DNA from: Elusimicrobia bacterium RIFOXYA12_FULL_57_11
GTDB lineage: Bacteria; Elusimicrobiota; Elusimicrobia; Elusimicrobiales; UBA9959
Direction of reading: 5' to 3'
DNA: 34,546 bases
NCBI GenBank assembly: GCA_001800275.1
Contig: MGVB01000117.1
Coordinates: 1 to 34,546 of the forward strand
The translations under genes and the position numbers were made by a program. This document shows, piece by piece, positions 17,425-25,524 of the stretch (the first letter of the stretch is position 1; every line of letters begins with the position of its first letter). Below the pieces are notes generated by a model. The model had not been told where the DNA came from. It searched no databases and was given only the letters and a program-made list of their open reading frames with translations.

Positions 17425-18798
17425 ATGCTTTCAAAATTCCTTTCGCTCTACAAGCCCGCGGCGCACATAGCGCGCCTCCCAAAAACGCTCGAGGACGCCC
17501 GCTACAAAACGCTGCGAGCACAGATGATGCTCTCGATCTTCTTCGGTTACGCCGGCTTCTACCTGGTGCGAAAGAATTTCTCCCTGGCCAAGCCGTACCT
17601 GATAAACCACTACGGTTTTTCCAAAGGCGACGTAGGCCTGATAGCCACAGGGCTGGCCGTCTCCTACGGCCTCAGCAAGTTCGTGATGGGCAACGTTTCC
17701 GACCGGTCCAACCCGCGCTATTTCATGGCCACCGGCCTCATCCTCTCAGGACTCGTCAACCTGCTGTTCCCGACGCTGGTCGGCTCGTTGTGGGCCATGC
17801 TCGCATTGTGGTTCGTAAACGGCTGGGCGCAGGGCATGGGCTGGGCGCCCTGCGCGCGCACGCTCACCCACTGGTTCTCTGACGGCGAGCGCGGCACCAA
17901 GTTCGCCATCTGGAACCTGGCGCACAATGTGGGCGGCGGCATAGTGGGCCCCATAATAAACGGCGCGCTGGCGCTGGCCACCATCCTCGGCCTGACGGCC
18001 CTCACCAGCGGCGGCACCCTGCCCTTCTTCCTTATTTTTTACGTGCCCGCCTTCATGGCCATCGCCATGGGCGCGCTGATAATACTCTTTCTGCGCGATA
18101 CACCGCAGTCGGTGGGCCTGCCCCCGATAGAAGACTACGCCAACGATCATCCCGACACCGGCGTAGCCGACCCCGAGCGGGAAATGGGCGCAAAAGAGAT
18201 CTTCACCAAATACATCCTCTACAACAAGCCGCTTTGGCTGATAGCTTTTGCCAACATCTTCGTCTACGTTATCCGCTACGGCGTGCTGGACTGGGCGCCC
18301 ACCTACCTGACGGCGGTTAAAGGCTGCCCGCAGGACACCGCCCGCTGGCAGTTCTTTATTTACGAATACGCCGGTATCCCCGGCACCCTGCTGGCCGGCT
18401 GGGCCAGCGACAAATTCTTCCACGGCCGGCGCGGCCCCGTCTCGGTCATCTACATGCTGCTGGTGACCATAGCGGTTTATGTGTACTGGCAGAATCCGGC
18501 CGGACGCTTCTGGGTGGACTCGGCCTCGCTGTTCGTCATCGGTTTCCTTATTTACGGGCCGGTAATGCTGATAGGCGTAAGCGCCGTGGACATGGTGCCC
18601 AAAAAAGCCGCGGGCACGGCCGCCGGCTTCACGGGCCTGTTCGGCTACCTGTTCGGGGCGGTCATCGCCGAGGTGGGTATAGGCCGCGTGGTGGACAGCT
18701 ACGGCTGGGACGGCGGGTTCAAGCTGCTCCTTGCCTCTTGCGTGCTGGCCATACTGCTCCTGGCCATGACCTGGAAGAAGCATCACGCGAAAGATTAA
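17425..18798 (+). CDS. glpT: Glycerol-3-phosphate transporter (MFS, OPA family)
   Basis: GYAGFYLVRKNFSLA, SDRSNPRYF, WNLAHNVGG, RYGVLDWAPTYL, PKKAAGTAAGFTGLFGY. Confidence 0.9.
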   Translation: MLSKFLSLYKPAAHIARLPKTLEDARYKTLRAQMMLSIFFGYAGFYLVRKNFSLAKPYLINHYGFSKGDVGLIATGLAVSYGLSKFVMGNVSDRSNPRYFMATGLILSGLVNLLFPTLVGSLWAMLALWFVNGWAQGMGWAPCARTLTHWFSDGERGTKFAIWNLAHNVGGGIVGPIINGALALATILGLTALTSGGTLPFFLIFYVPAFMAIAMGALIILFLRDTPQSVGLPPIEDYANDHPDTGVADPEREMGAKEIFTKYILYNKPLWLIAFANIFVYVIRYGVLDWAPTYLTAVKGCPQDTARWQFFIYEYAGIPGTLLAGWASDKFFHGRRGPVSVIYMLLVTIAVYVYWQNPAGRFWVDSASLFVIGFLIYGPVMLIGVSAVDMVPKKAAGTAAGFTGLFGYLFGAVIAEVGIGRVVDSYGWDGGFKLLLASCVLAILLLAMTWKKHHAKD

Positions 18799-18871
18799 CC
18801 CCCGGCACACGGAGCCAGGCAGCAGCGCATAAGGTCCAAAGCCGTGGAGACGCGCCGCAAAAGCCAGGCGG

Positions 18872-19276
18872 TCAGTCCGCGGAATAGCGCGTTTTTTTCA
18901 CATCGGAACGGCGTTTCTTGTCTTCCAGGCGGCGGAGCCGGGAGCCGTAAGACGGCCTGGTGGGCCTCCTGCGCTTAGGGGGCCTCATGGAGCGCTCCAC
19001 AAGCTCAAACAGCCGGGCGCGCGCGGCGGCCCGGTTCTGCTCCTGCGTCCGGTACTCGCCCGCGGTTATCACAATCTCGCCTTCCATGGTAAGTTTTGCG
19101 CCGGCCAGCGTCTTTAGCCGCTGCTGCGCCTCTGCGGGCAGGCCGGAAACGGAAGGGAAAAACCGCAGCTGCACGGTAGTGGCGACTTTGTTGACATTTT
19201 GCCCGCCATGCCCCCCGCTGCGTATGAATTTTTCCTCAAAAGAACCGGGGGCAAGCCGGAAGCCTGATTCGGTCAT
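18872..19276 (-). CDS. arfB: Alternative ribosome rescue peptidyl-tRNA hydrolase ArfB
   Basis: RSGGHGGQNVNKV (GGQ), RTQEQNR, basic tail PPKRRRPTRPS...RLEDKKRRS; ATG at 19276. Confidence 0.93.
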   Translation of the reverse strand: MTESGFRLAPGSFEEKFIRSGGHGGQNVNKVATTVQLRFFPSVSGLPAEAQQRLKTLAGAKLTMEGEIVITAGEYRTQEQNRAAARARLFELVERSMRPPKRRRPTRPSYGSRLRRLEDKKRRSDVKKTRYSAD

Positions 19277-19531
19277 AAATGGTATGTTATCAAAAAACCC
19301 GGCGCATACCGCAGGGCTCCGCGTGCCAACAGGCCCAGCCGCACACGGGCCGGATACCACCTCCAGCCCGGGCCAAAAGCCCTTTACAATTCCGGTAATT
19401 GATATGTAAACTTTAGACACCCGGACGCATTGCCGTATCACGGCGCCGGGAGAAAAAAAAATCGGTCTTACCTGTAAAAGGGCTGGGGGGCCCTGAAGCG
19501 GTGAGGGCATTCTGCTTGAAAGAAGGCTGCC

Positions 19532-19894
19532 ATGCCCCCCGAAATACTTATAGCTGATGACGATTCCACGATGCGCAGGCTTTATTCCCGCGTATTGTCC
19601 GGACAGGATTATACCGTAACCTTTGCCGACAGCGCCGCCACGGCGAAAACGCTTATTGAAACACGCCATTTCGATCTGCTCGTGACCGACCTGATGCTCG
19701 GCGACGGCCTTGGCACCGATCTGGCGCGCCTGTTCTCTGAAAAATTTTCAGGCGCCAGAAGCCTGCTGGTTACCGGCTCCGCCCAAAACCCCGGCGCAAT
19801 GGACCTTGCCGCCGTATCGGAATGCCTGGGCAAACCGCTGGACACGGACAGGTTCATGCTCTCCGTTGCCAAAGCCCTGGCCCAGACCGCATAA
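19532..19894 (+). CDS. Single-domain response regulator receiver
   Basis: ILIADDD, DLLVTDLMLGDGLG, LVTG, LGKP. Confidence 0.88.
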   Translation: MPPEILIADDDSTMRRLYSRVLSGQDYTVTFADSAATAKTLIETRHFDLLVTDLMLGDGLGTDLARLFSEKFSGARSLLVTGSAQNPGAMDLAAVSECLGKPLDTDRFMLSVAKALAQTA

Positions 19895-19949
19895 AACGCC
19901 CTCCGCTTTACGGAAAGAAAACCACCTTTTCCCCTGGCCCGCGGCGCCG

Positions 19950-19978
19950 TTGACAATAGCGGGATTAATTGCTAGTTT
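19950..19978 (+). promoter_or_regulatory. Sigma70-type promoter of the lipoprotein operon
   Basis: TTGACA (19950-19955), 17-bp spacer, TGn-TAGTTT (19973-19978). Confidence 0.55.
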
Positions 19979-20032
19979 TCTTATAGAATCCGGCAATTAA
20001 TCCGTTCATCTATATCAAGGGGCCCAATCAAA

Positions 20033-20620
20033 ATGAAAAACATGAATAGCGCGGCGAAAGTATTTGTTTGCATCGGGGCGACGCTAGCTCTTACCGGCTG
20101 CGGCGGCGGGAATAAGAACGTCCAGACCGCCGCTGTCAGCGCGCCCATCGCGGCCGCCGGCCCTGCCTGGGTAAACCAGGGCTCCGGCGCCTTCAAAGAC
20201 GGCAACTTCTACGGCGTCGGGATAGCCACCGGCGTCCGGAACAGGGCGCTTGCCATAGATACCGCCGACAGCCGCGCCCGCGCCAAGATAGCGGAGGTGT
20301 TTAACACCTATATAGCCAAACTGTCCAAAGATTATATGGCCTCCACGACCGCCGGGGACATGAAAAGTTCCAGCGAGGAACAGAACGTGACGAATTCACT
20401 GAAGAGTTTCACCCAGATGAACCTCTCCGGGGTTGTTATCGTTGACCACTGGGTCGATTCCTCCGATGGGTCAATGTTCGCGCTGGCCAAACTTGACGTC
20501 GCCGGGGTAAAAGCCTCGCTCGACAAGGCCGCCGAACTCGACTCAAAGGTGCGGGATTACGTGAAAGCCAACGCTGACAAGGCCTTTGACGACCTAACCG
20601 CGGAAGAAGCCAAGCGTTAA
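20033..20620 (+). CDS. LPP20-family lipoprotein
   Basis: Lipobox LTGC, P.WV, YGVGIA, ADSRARAKIA. Confidence 0.75.
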   Translation: MKNMNSAAKVFVCIGATLALTGCGGGNKNVQTAAVSAPIAAAGPAWVNQGSGAFKDGNFYGVGIATGVRNRALAIDTADSRARAKIAEVFNTYIAKLSKDYMASTTAGDMKSSSEEQNVTNSLKSFTQMNLSGVVIVDHWVDSSDGSMFALAKLDVAGVKASLDKAAELDSKVRDYVKANADKAFDDLTAEEAKR

Positions 20621-20639
20621 TTCATATTCCATACGCTGA

Positions 20640-20666
20640 CGCCGGGTTTTCACGGAAAACCCGGCG
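20640..20666 (+). terminator. Intra-operon hairpin (weak terminator or mRNA stabiliser)
   Basis: CGCCGGGTTTTC-ACG-GAAAACCCGGCG, perfect 12-bp stem with a poor U-tract. Confidence 0.55.
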
Positions 20667-20704
20667 GAGTTTCCTAGTTCCTCATTCAAGGAGAACCGGT
20701 CATT

Positions 20705-21304
20705 ATGAAAAACTATTTATTAATTTCCACGCTGCTGGTATTGCCGGCGCTGTCCGGCTGCGGCGGGACGCAGGTTAAACGCATCGACACCGCCGCGGTG
20801 GTGGACATAAGCGGAAAATGGAACGACACGGACTCCCGCCTGACCGCCGAAGAGATGATCGCCGACTGCCTGGCCAGGCCCTGGATAAGCGCGGCGGCCG
20901 GCCCGGCCGGGGAAAACCCCACCGTGATAGTGGGCACCGTCCGCAACCAGAGCAGCGAACATATCAACACCGGGGTTTTCGTGGAAGACCTGCAGCGCGC
21001 GCTGATAAATTCCGGACGAGTCACTTTTGTGGCCAGCAAGGACGAGCGCGGCGAAGTGCGCGACGAGCGCCTGGACCAGGACACCAACGCCGCCGAGGAC
21101 ACGAAAAAAGCCCACGGCCAGGAAACAGGGGCGGATTTCATGCTGAGCGGCAACATCAGCACCATAGAGGATAAAGAAGGCGGCAAGTCCGTCATCCTGT
21201 ACCAGGTCAATCTCAAACTCCTCAACCTGAAAAACAACCAGATCTCCTGGACCGGCCAGAAAAAGATCAAGAAATCGGTAAAGCGGTCCAAGTCAACCTG
21301 GTAG
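20705..21304 (+). CDS. lpoB: LpoB-like lipoprotein (PBP activator family)
   Basis: Lipobox LSGC, DISGKWNDTD, VRNQSSEHI, LINSGRVTFV, GADFMLSGNI. Confidence 0.75.
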   Translation: MKNYLLISTLLVLPALSGCGGTQVKRIDTAAVVDISGKWNDTDSRLTAEEMIADCLARPWISAAAGPAGENPTVIVGTVRNQSSEHINTGVFVEDLQRALINSGRVTFVASKDERGEVRDERLDQDTNAAEDTKKAHGQETGADFMLSGNISTIEDKEGGKSVILYQVNLKLLNLKNNQISWTGQKKIKKSVKRSKSTW

Positions 21305-21314
21305 CATATCGTAA

Positions 21315-22649
21315 ATGAGGGTTCATCTCCCTGCGTACCGCCTGCTTGCCGGCGCGGCCCTGCTGTTCGCGGCCTGCGCCGGCCCCTCACGCTCCTACCG
21401 GGCCGGCCTCAACGCCAAAATAGCGGCACACGACTACGCGGGGGCGCGGGCCGACATAGAACAAAACAAAACTTCCGAATACGGAGAAAAGAATTCAGTT
21501 CTCTACTATTTGGACCTGGGCATGGTACAGCACGACTCCGCCAGCTACCGGGAAAGCGAGCTTAGCCTTGCGACGGCGGAAAACAGGATGGAAGAACTCT
21601 TCACCCGGAGCGTAAGCAGGCGCGCGGGAACCCTCCTTCTTAACGACAACACCACGAAATACGCGGGAGAAGTTTTCGAACGGGCCCTCCTCAACGCTTT
21701 CCGGGCGCTGAATTATGTCTTTCTGGGCAAAACCGACGACGCGCTGGTAGAGGCCCGCAAAGTCACCGCCTACCTCGGCCGCTTCAATGAATTCATGCAG
21801 GGTAAAAGCGGCTACCAGGACAGCGCCTTCTCCCAGTACCTGAGCGCCATGCTTTTTGAACAGAACGGCGACCACGACGACGCGCGCATAGCCTACAAAG
21901 CGGCCGCGGCGGCTTATAAAACATACGCGGCGGACTACGGCATGCCAGAACCGGAATTCACGAGCCCGCCCTATTCCAGACTGGAAAGCCTGGGCGTGGG
22001 GGAATTAATCTTCTTTCACTATAACGGGCCCGCGCCGATGAAAATCTCCCGCACTTTCCAGGTGGCCTGGAACGAGGCCATGCTGGCGGTAAGCCAGAGC
22101 GGCGAGGAAGAGGCGGGCTCGGAACGCTTCGCGAACGCCGTGAACGCCGGCCTTATCGGCAGCGCCATAACCGTAGCTTACCCGCAATACGTGCAGGACC
22201 CGTACACTATCGCCGGATCGCGCATAGAGGCCGCCGGGGCCCGGTCAGAGTCGCTGCTGGTTGAAGACATCTCCGCCATCGCCCGCCAGGTACTGGAGTC
22301 GAAAAACGCGGCAATAAGGCTGCGCGCCATAGCCCGGGCAACCATAAAGTTCGTGCTCGCGCGGGCGGCCTCCGCAGAAGTGGAAAACCGTGCCGGAGCC
22401 GGGCTGGGTTTTCTGGCCAAGATGGTCACCAGCGCCGCCGGAGCCGCCACCGAAACCGCCGACACCCGCGGGTGGACGACGCTGCCGGCGCAGATACGCA
22501 TGGCTCGCGTAACCGCGGCCCCGGGCAGACAGGACGTAAAGATCACTTTTACGGACCGCAACGGCGCCCCGTCCGGAACCATAGATTTCAAAGACGTGGA
22601 AGTGGTAAAAGGCCGGCGGACATACCTGCATTACCGCACGGCTCACTAG
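21315..22649 (+). CDS. COG3014-type TPR-like lipoprotein
   Basis: Lipobox FAAC, LYYLDLGMV, YAGEVFE, DDALVEARK, TETADTRGWTTLPAQI. Confidence 0.72.
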   Translation: MRVHLPAYRLLAGAALLFAACAGPSRSYRAGLNAKIAAHDYAGARADIEQNKTSEYGEKNSVLYYLDLGMVQHDSASYRESELSLATAENRMEELFTRSVSRRAGTLLLNDNTTKYAGEVFERALLNAFRALNYVFLGKTDDALVEARKVTAYLGRFNEFMQGKSGYQDSAFSQYLSAMLFEQNGDHDDARIAYKAAAAAYKTYAADYGMPEPEFTSPPYSRLESLGVGELIFFHYNGPAPMKISRTFQVAWNEAMLAVSQSGEEEAGSERFANAVNAGLIGSAITVAYPQYVQDPYTIAGSRIEAAGARSESLLVEDISAIARQVLESKNAAIRLRAIARATIKFVLARAASAEVENRAGAGLGFLAKMVTSAAGAATETADTRGWTTLPAQIRMARVTAAPGRQDVKITFTDRNGAPSGTIDFKDVEVVKGRRTYLHYRTAH

Positions 22650-22662
22650 GGGGTTCCCTAAT

Positions 22663-23739
22663 ATGTACAAATATCTTACAGCTGCCTGTTTCGCGGTCGT
22701 GTTGTCGGCGTGCGCCTCCGCCGCCACAAAGCCGGGCACTGGCGCGGCCGCCGCGGCGCAGCCACCCCGCCCCGCCTGGGTGGACGGCGTCTCTTACGAA
22801 TACCCCCGCAGCCGCTTCCTTACCGGAGTGTCCTCGGCCGACGATATTTCCACAGCCAAAGACCGTGCCCGCGCCGAGATCTCTAAAATTTTCTCTACCC
22901 GCATAAATCTTAACACCTCCGTAGTTTCTTCAGACAACTCTTATATGGCGCAAGGGAAGGCCGAAACGTCATCTTCCCAGAACGTGATGCAGAATGTCCG
23001 CGCGGTCTCGCAAAAGGAACTTGAAGGAGTGGAAATAGCACAGACCTGGCGCGACGGCGCCTCGGGCCAGTATTACGCGCTGGCCGTACTGGACCGCGCC
23101 AGAGCCCTGGCGGCACTGGAGGAAAAGACTGGCGAACTGGACGTGCTCGGACGGGAACTCTCGGCGCAGCTGGCGGCCGCGGCAGAAAAATTGCAGAAAG
23201 CCAAACACGCGCTGCAGTTGATGGATCTCCTTAAAACCCGTGACGCCCTGGCGGCCGACAGGCGGGTGCTCGATCCTGCCGGCGCCGGCGCCACGGGTCT
23301 GGACACGAACGCCATCCGCCGCGAGGCCTCCAAAGCCCTGGCGGCCCTGGACGTGGTACTGCTGATGTCCGGCGACAGATCTGACCCCGTAACCGCAGCC
23401 ATCATAAAGGCCTTTAACGGGCTGGGCATGGACGCCAGGACCGCCCCCCGGGCAGACGGCGCTGACCTCGCGGCGGAGTGCACCGTGGAGCTTGCCGCGG
23501 CGGCCGATCCCGATGAACAATCCCGCTGGCGCTGGCGCAGAGGCACGGCCGCCGTGGTCCTTAAAGATGTAAAGACCGCCAAAGTTTTCCTGACCTTTGA
23601 CGCCGCCGCCAAAGAGGCCTCCGCCACCGACGCTGAAGCGCGGTTGAAAACGGAAAAAGCCCTGGGGAAAAAAATAGCCGCGGAAATAAGCCGCGGCATA
23701 ACAACCCACCTCGAACAGCAGCAGGGAGGACCACTATGA
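22663..23739 (+). CDS. LPP20-family lipoprotein (long form)
   Basis: Lipobox LSAC, RPAWV, FLTGVS, AKDRARAEISKIF, YYALAVLDR. Confidence 0.72.
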   Translation: MYKYLTAACFAVVLSACASAATKPGTGAAAAAQPPRPAWVDGVSYEYPRSRFLTGVSSADDISTAKDRARAEISKIFSTRINLNTSVVSSDNSYMAQGKAETSSSQNVMQNVRAVSQKELEGVEIAQTWRDGASGQYYALAVLDRARALAALEEKTGELDVLGRELSAQLAAAAEKLQKAKHALQLMDLLKTRDALAADRRVLDPAGAGATGLDTNAIRREASKALAALDVVLLMSGDRSDPVTAAIIKAFNGLGMDARTAPRADGADLAAECTVELAAAADPDEQSRWRWRRGTAAVVLKDVKTAKVFLTFDAAAKEASATDAEARLKTEKALGKKIAAEISRGITTHLEQQQGGPL

Positions 23740-25073
23740 AACACATGCTTTTCCTGTCACTGGCGCTGATACTGCCGGCGGCGGGCACAGCGGCCGCGCC
23801 GGCAAAACAACCAGCGCAGAGAGTTTACGAAGTGAGTACCGTGCTGGTAGCCCCCTATAACGGAGTTATCACTCCGGCGGCGGCGGAGTTTATCGGGGCG
23901 GCACTTAACCGCGTAAATGGCCCGGGCGGCGCGGACATGCTCATAATAACGCTGGACACGCCAGGCGGGCTGGATATCTCCATGCGCGCCATAATACAGG
24001 GGATGCTCGCCTCAAAAAAACCGGTGGCGATCTATGTTTCCCCCCAGGGAGCGCGGGCGGCCTCGGCCGGGGTCTTTATAGCCATGGCCTCGCCCCTGGT
24101 AGCCATGTCCCCCGGCACCAACATCGGCGCCGCCCACCCGGTAATGCTCGGGGGCATTCCCCTGGGCGCGGGCGATAAAAAAACCGAGAAAAAAGACGCG
24201 ATGTCCGAGAAAACCCTCAACGACGCGGCGGCGTATATCCAGTCCATAGCGCAGAAGACCGGCCGCAACGCGGCCTGGGCCATGGAAGCCGTGACAAAAA
24301 GCAGGTCCATCTCGGCGCAGGAAGCCGTAAAGACCGGCGTGGCGGATTTTATGGCCGAGAACCTTGAAGAGTTCCTGGCAAAAGCCGACGGGTTCAAGAC
24401 CGGAGGGTTCGGAACGCTCCACGCGCCGCGCCCCGCGGTTGAATACTTCAACCAGACCAGGCGCCAGAAACTGCTTGCCACGATAACGAACCCGGACATC
24501 GCCATGATACTTATGAGCCTTGGCGCCGCGGGACTTTTCATCGAACTATACAACCCCGGGCTGATACTTCCCGGCGTAGTGGGAGCGGTCTCCCTGGTAA
24601 CGGCTTTCTACTCTTTCCAGACGCTGTCCGCCAACACGGCGGGACTTGCGCTGATACTGCTGGGGTTCGTATTCTTCATAGCGGAGATCAAGGTGCTAAG
24701 CTACGGCCTGCTGACGCTGGCCGGGGCGGCGTCCATATTGTTCGGCGCCCTGCTCTTGTTCGACCAGCAAACCATGGGAGGACTCTCGGTCTCACTGAAT
24801 ATGCTTGTTTCAACTATAATCGGTCTTGTGGCGGTAGTGGCCGCGCTGGCGTACATCGTGCTGCGCGCCCAGCTGCTCCGGGTGGTTACCGGCATTGAAA
24901 GCCTGGCCGGCAAGAAGGGCCTGGCCAAAACCGCGCTGTCCCCCAAGGGCACCGTGCTGGCCGAAGGCGAGCTCTGGGAAGCCGAGAGCCTTTCCGGGGA
25001 CATCCCCGCCGGCGCCGAAGTGACCGTAACCGCGGTCGAAGGCTTCAAAATAAAAGTCCGCCGCTCACCCTGA
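23736..25073 (+). CDS. nfeD: NfeD, long form (ClpP-class serine protease, TM region and OB fold)
   Basis: LDTPGG, ARAASAG, PGTNIGAAHPV, TM block, GELWEAES C-terminal OB domain. Confidence 0.92.
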   Translation: MKHMLFLSLALILPAAGTAAAPAKQPAQRVYEVSTVLVAPYNGVITPAAAEFIGAALNRVNGPGGADMLIITLDTPGGLDISMRAIIQGMLASKKPVAIYVSPQGARAASAGVFIAMASPLVAMSPGTNIGAAHPVMLGGIPLGAGDKKTEKKDAMSEKTLNDAAAYIQSIAQKTGRNAAWAMEAVTKSRSISAQEAVKTGVADFMAENLEEFLAKADGFKTGGFGTLHAPRPAVEYFNQTRRQKLLATITNPDIAMILMSLGAAGLFIELYNPGLILPGVVGAVSLVTAFYSFQTLSANTAGLALILLGFVFFIAEIKVLSYGLLTLAGAASILFGALLLFDQQTMGGLSVSLNMLVSTIIGLVAVVAALAYIVLRAQLLRVVTGIESLAGKKGLAKTALSPKGTVLAEGELWEAESLSGDIPAGAEVTVTAVEGFKIKVRRSP

Positions 25074-25076
25074 GCC

Positions 25077-25214
25077 GGCGCGGGTAGCGGGAGCCCGGAA
25101 CGCAAAACGCGGTGTCGCGCACACCGTGCGCGCACCTCATCACTCGGCGATTGCGCTACGCAAGCAATCGCCTCCGCGAAGGTTTTGCTTATCCGGGCTC
25201 CCGCTACCCGCGCC
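25077..25214. repeat. Palindromic element, family A copy 2
   Basis: Perfect 23-bp inverted repeat 25077-25099 / 25192-25214 with two inner hairpins. Confidence 0.85.
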
Positions 25215-25225
25215 CCGAGCTGCCC

Positions 25226-25364
25226 ACGGGCTCCGGGGTGTGGACCGGGCTGGAAAAACCTTCCGGAGGCTGAGGCTTGCATAGCGCCGAAGCCGGAGGA
25301 TGAGCGAGGCCACGGTGTGGCCGAGCGCGTTTTTCCAGCCCGGTCCACACCCCGGAGCCCGTAC
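25226..25364. repeat. Palindromic element, family A copy 3 (inverted relative to copy 2)
   Basis: Perfect 34-bp inverted repeat 25226-25259 / 25329-25362; core matches 68-106. Confidence 0.88.
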
Positions 25365-25413
25365 GCCCATACGCACCACAAAAATCCCGAATTCCCGCGT
25401 ATACTGCACAAAG

Positions 25414-25442
25414 TTGAATAAACGTCGCGCATTTGTCATAAT
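25414..25442 (+). promoter_or_regulatory. Sigma70-type promoter for clpC
   Basis: TTGAAT (25414-25419), 17-bp spacer, TGn-CATAAT (25437-25442). Confidence 0.55.
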
Positions 25443-25524
25443 AGTATGGCGAAACGGCATTATTCGCGCGTTTCTATTTGCGAATTTAATTTTATTTGTA
25501 GAAGCCGCCACGGAGGCCAGAAAC

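Noticed and set aside
25077-25364. CRISPR array or IS element
   Set aside because: No regularly spaced direct repeats with unique spacers, no cas or transposase gene, no clear target-site duplication
25300-25524. N-terminal extensions in the ORF track (clpC from 25300; also starts at 805, 8837, 13902, 15964, 19669, 30875, 31378)
   Set aside because: They run through repeats, promoters or neighbouring genes; family homology and RBS or promoter positions support the downstream starts
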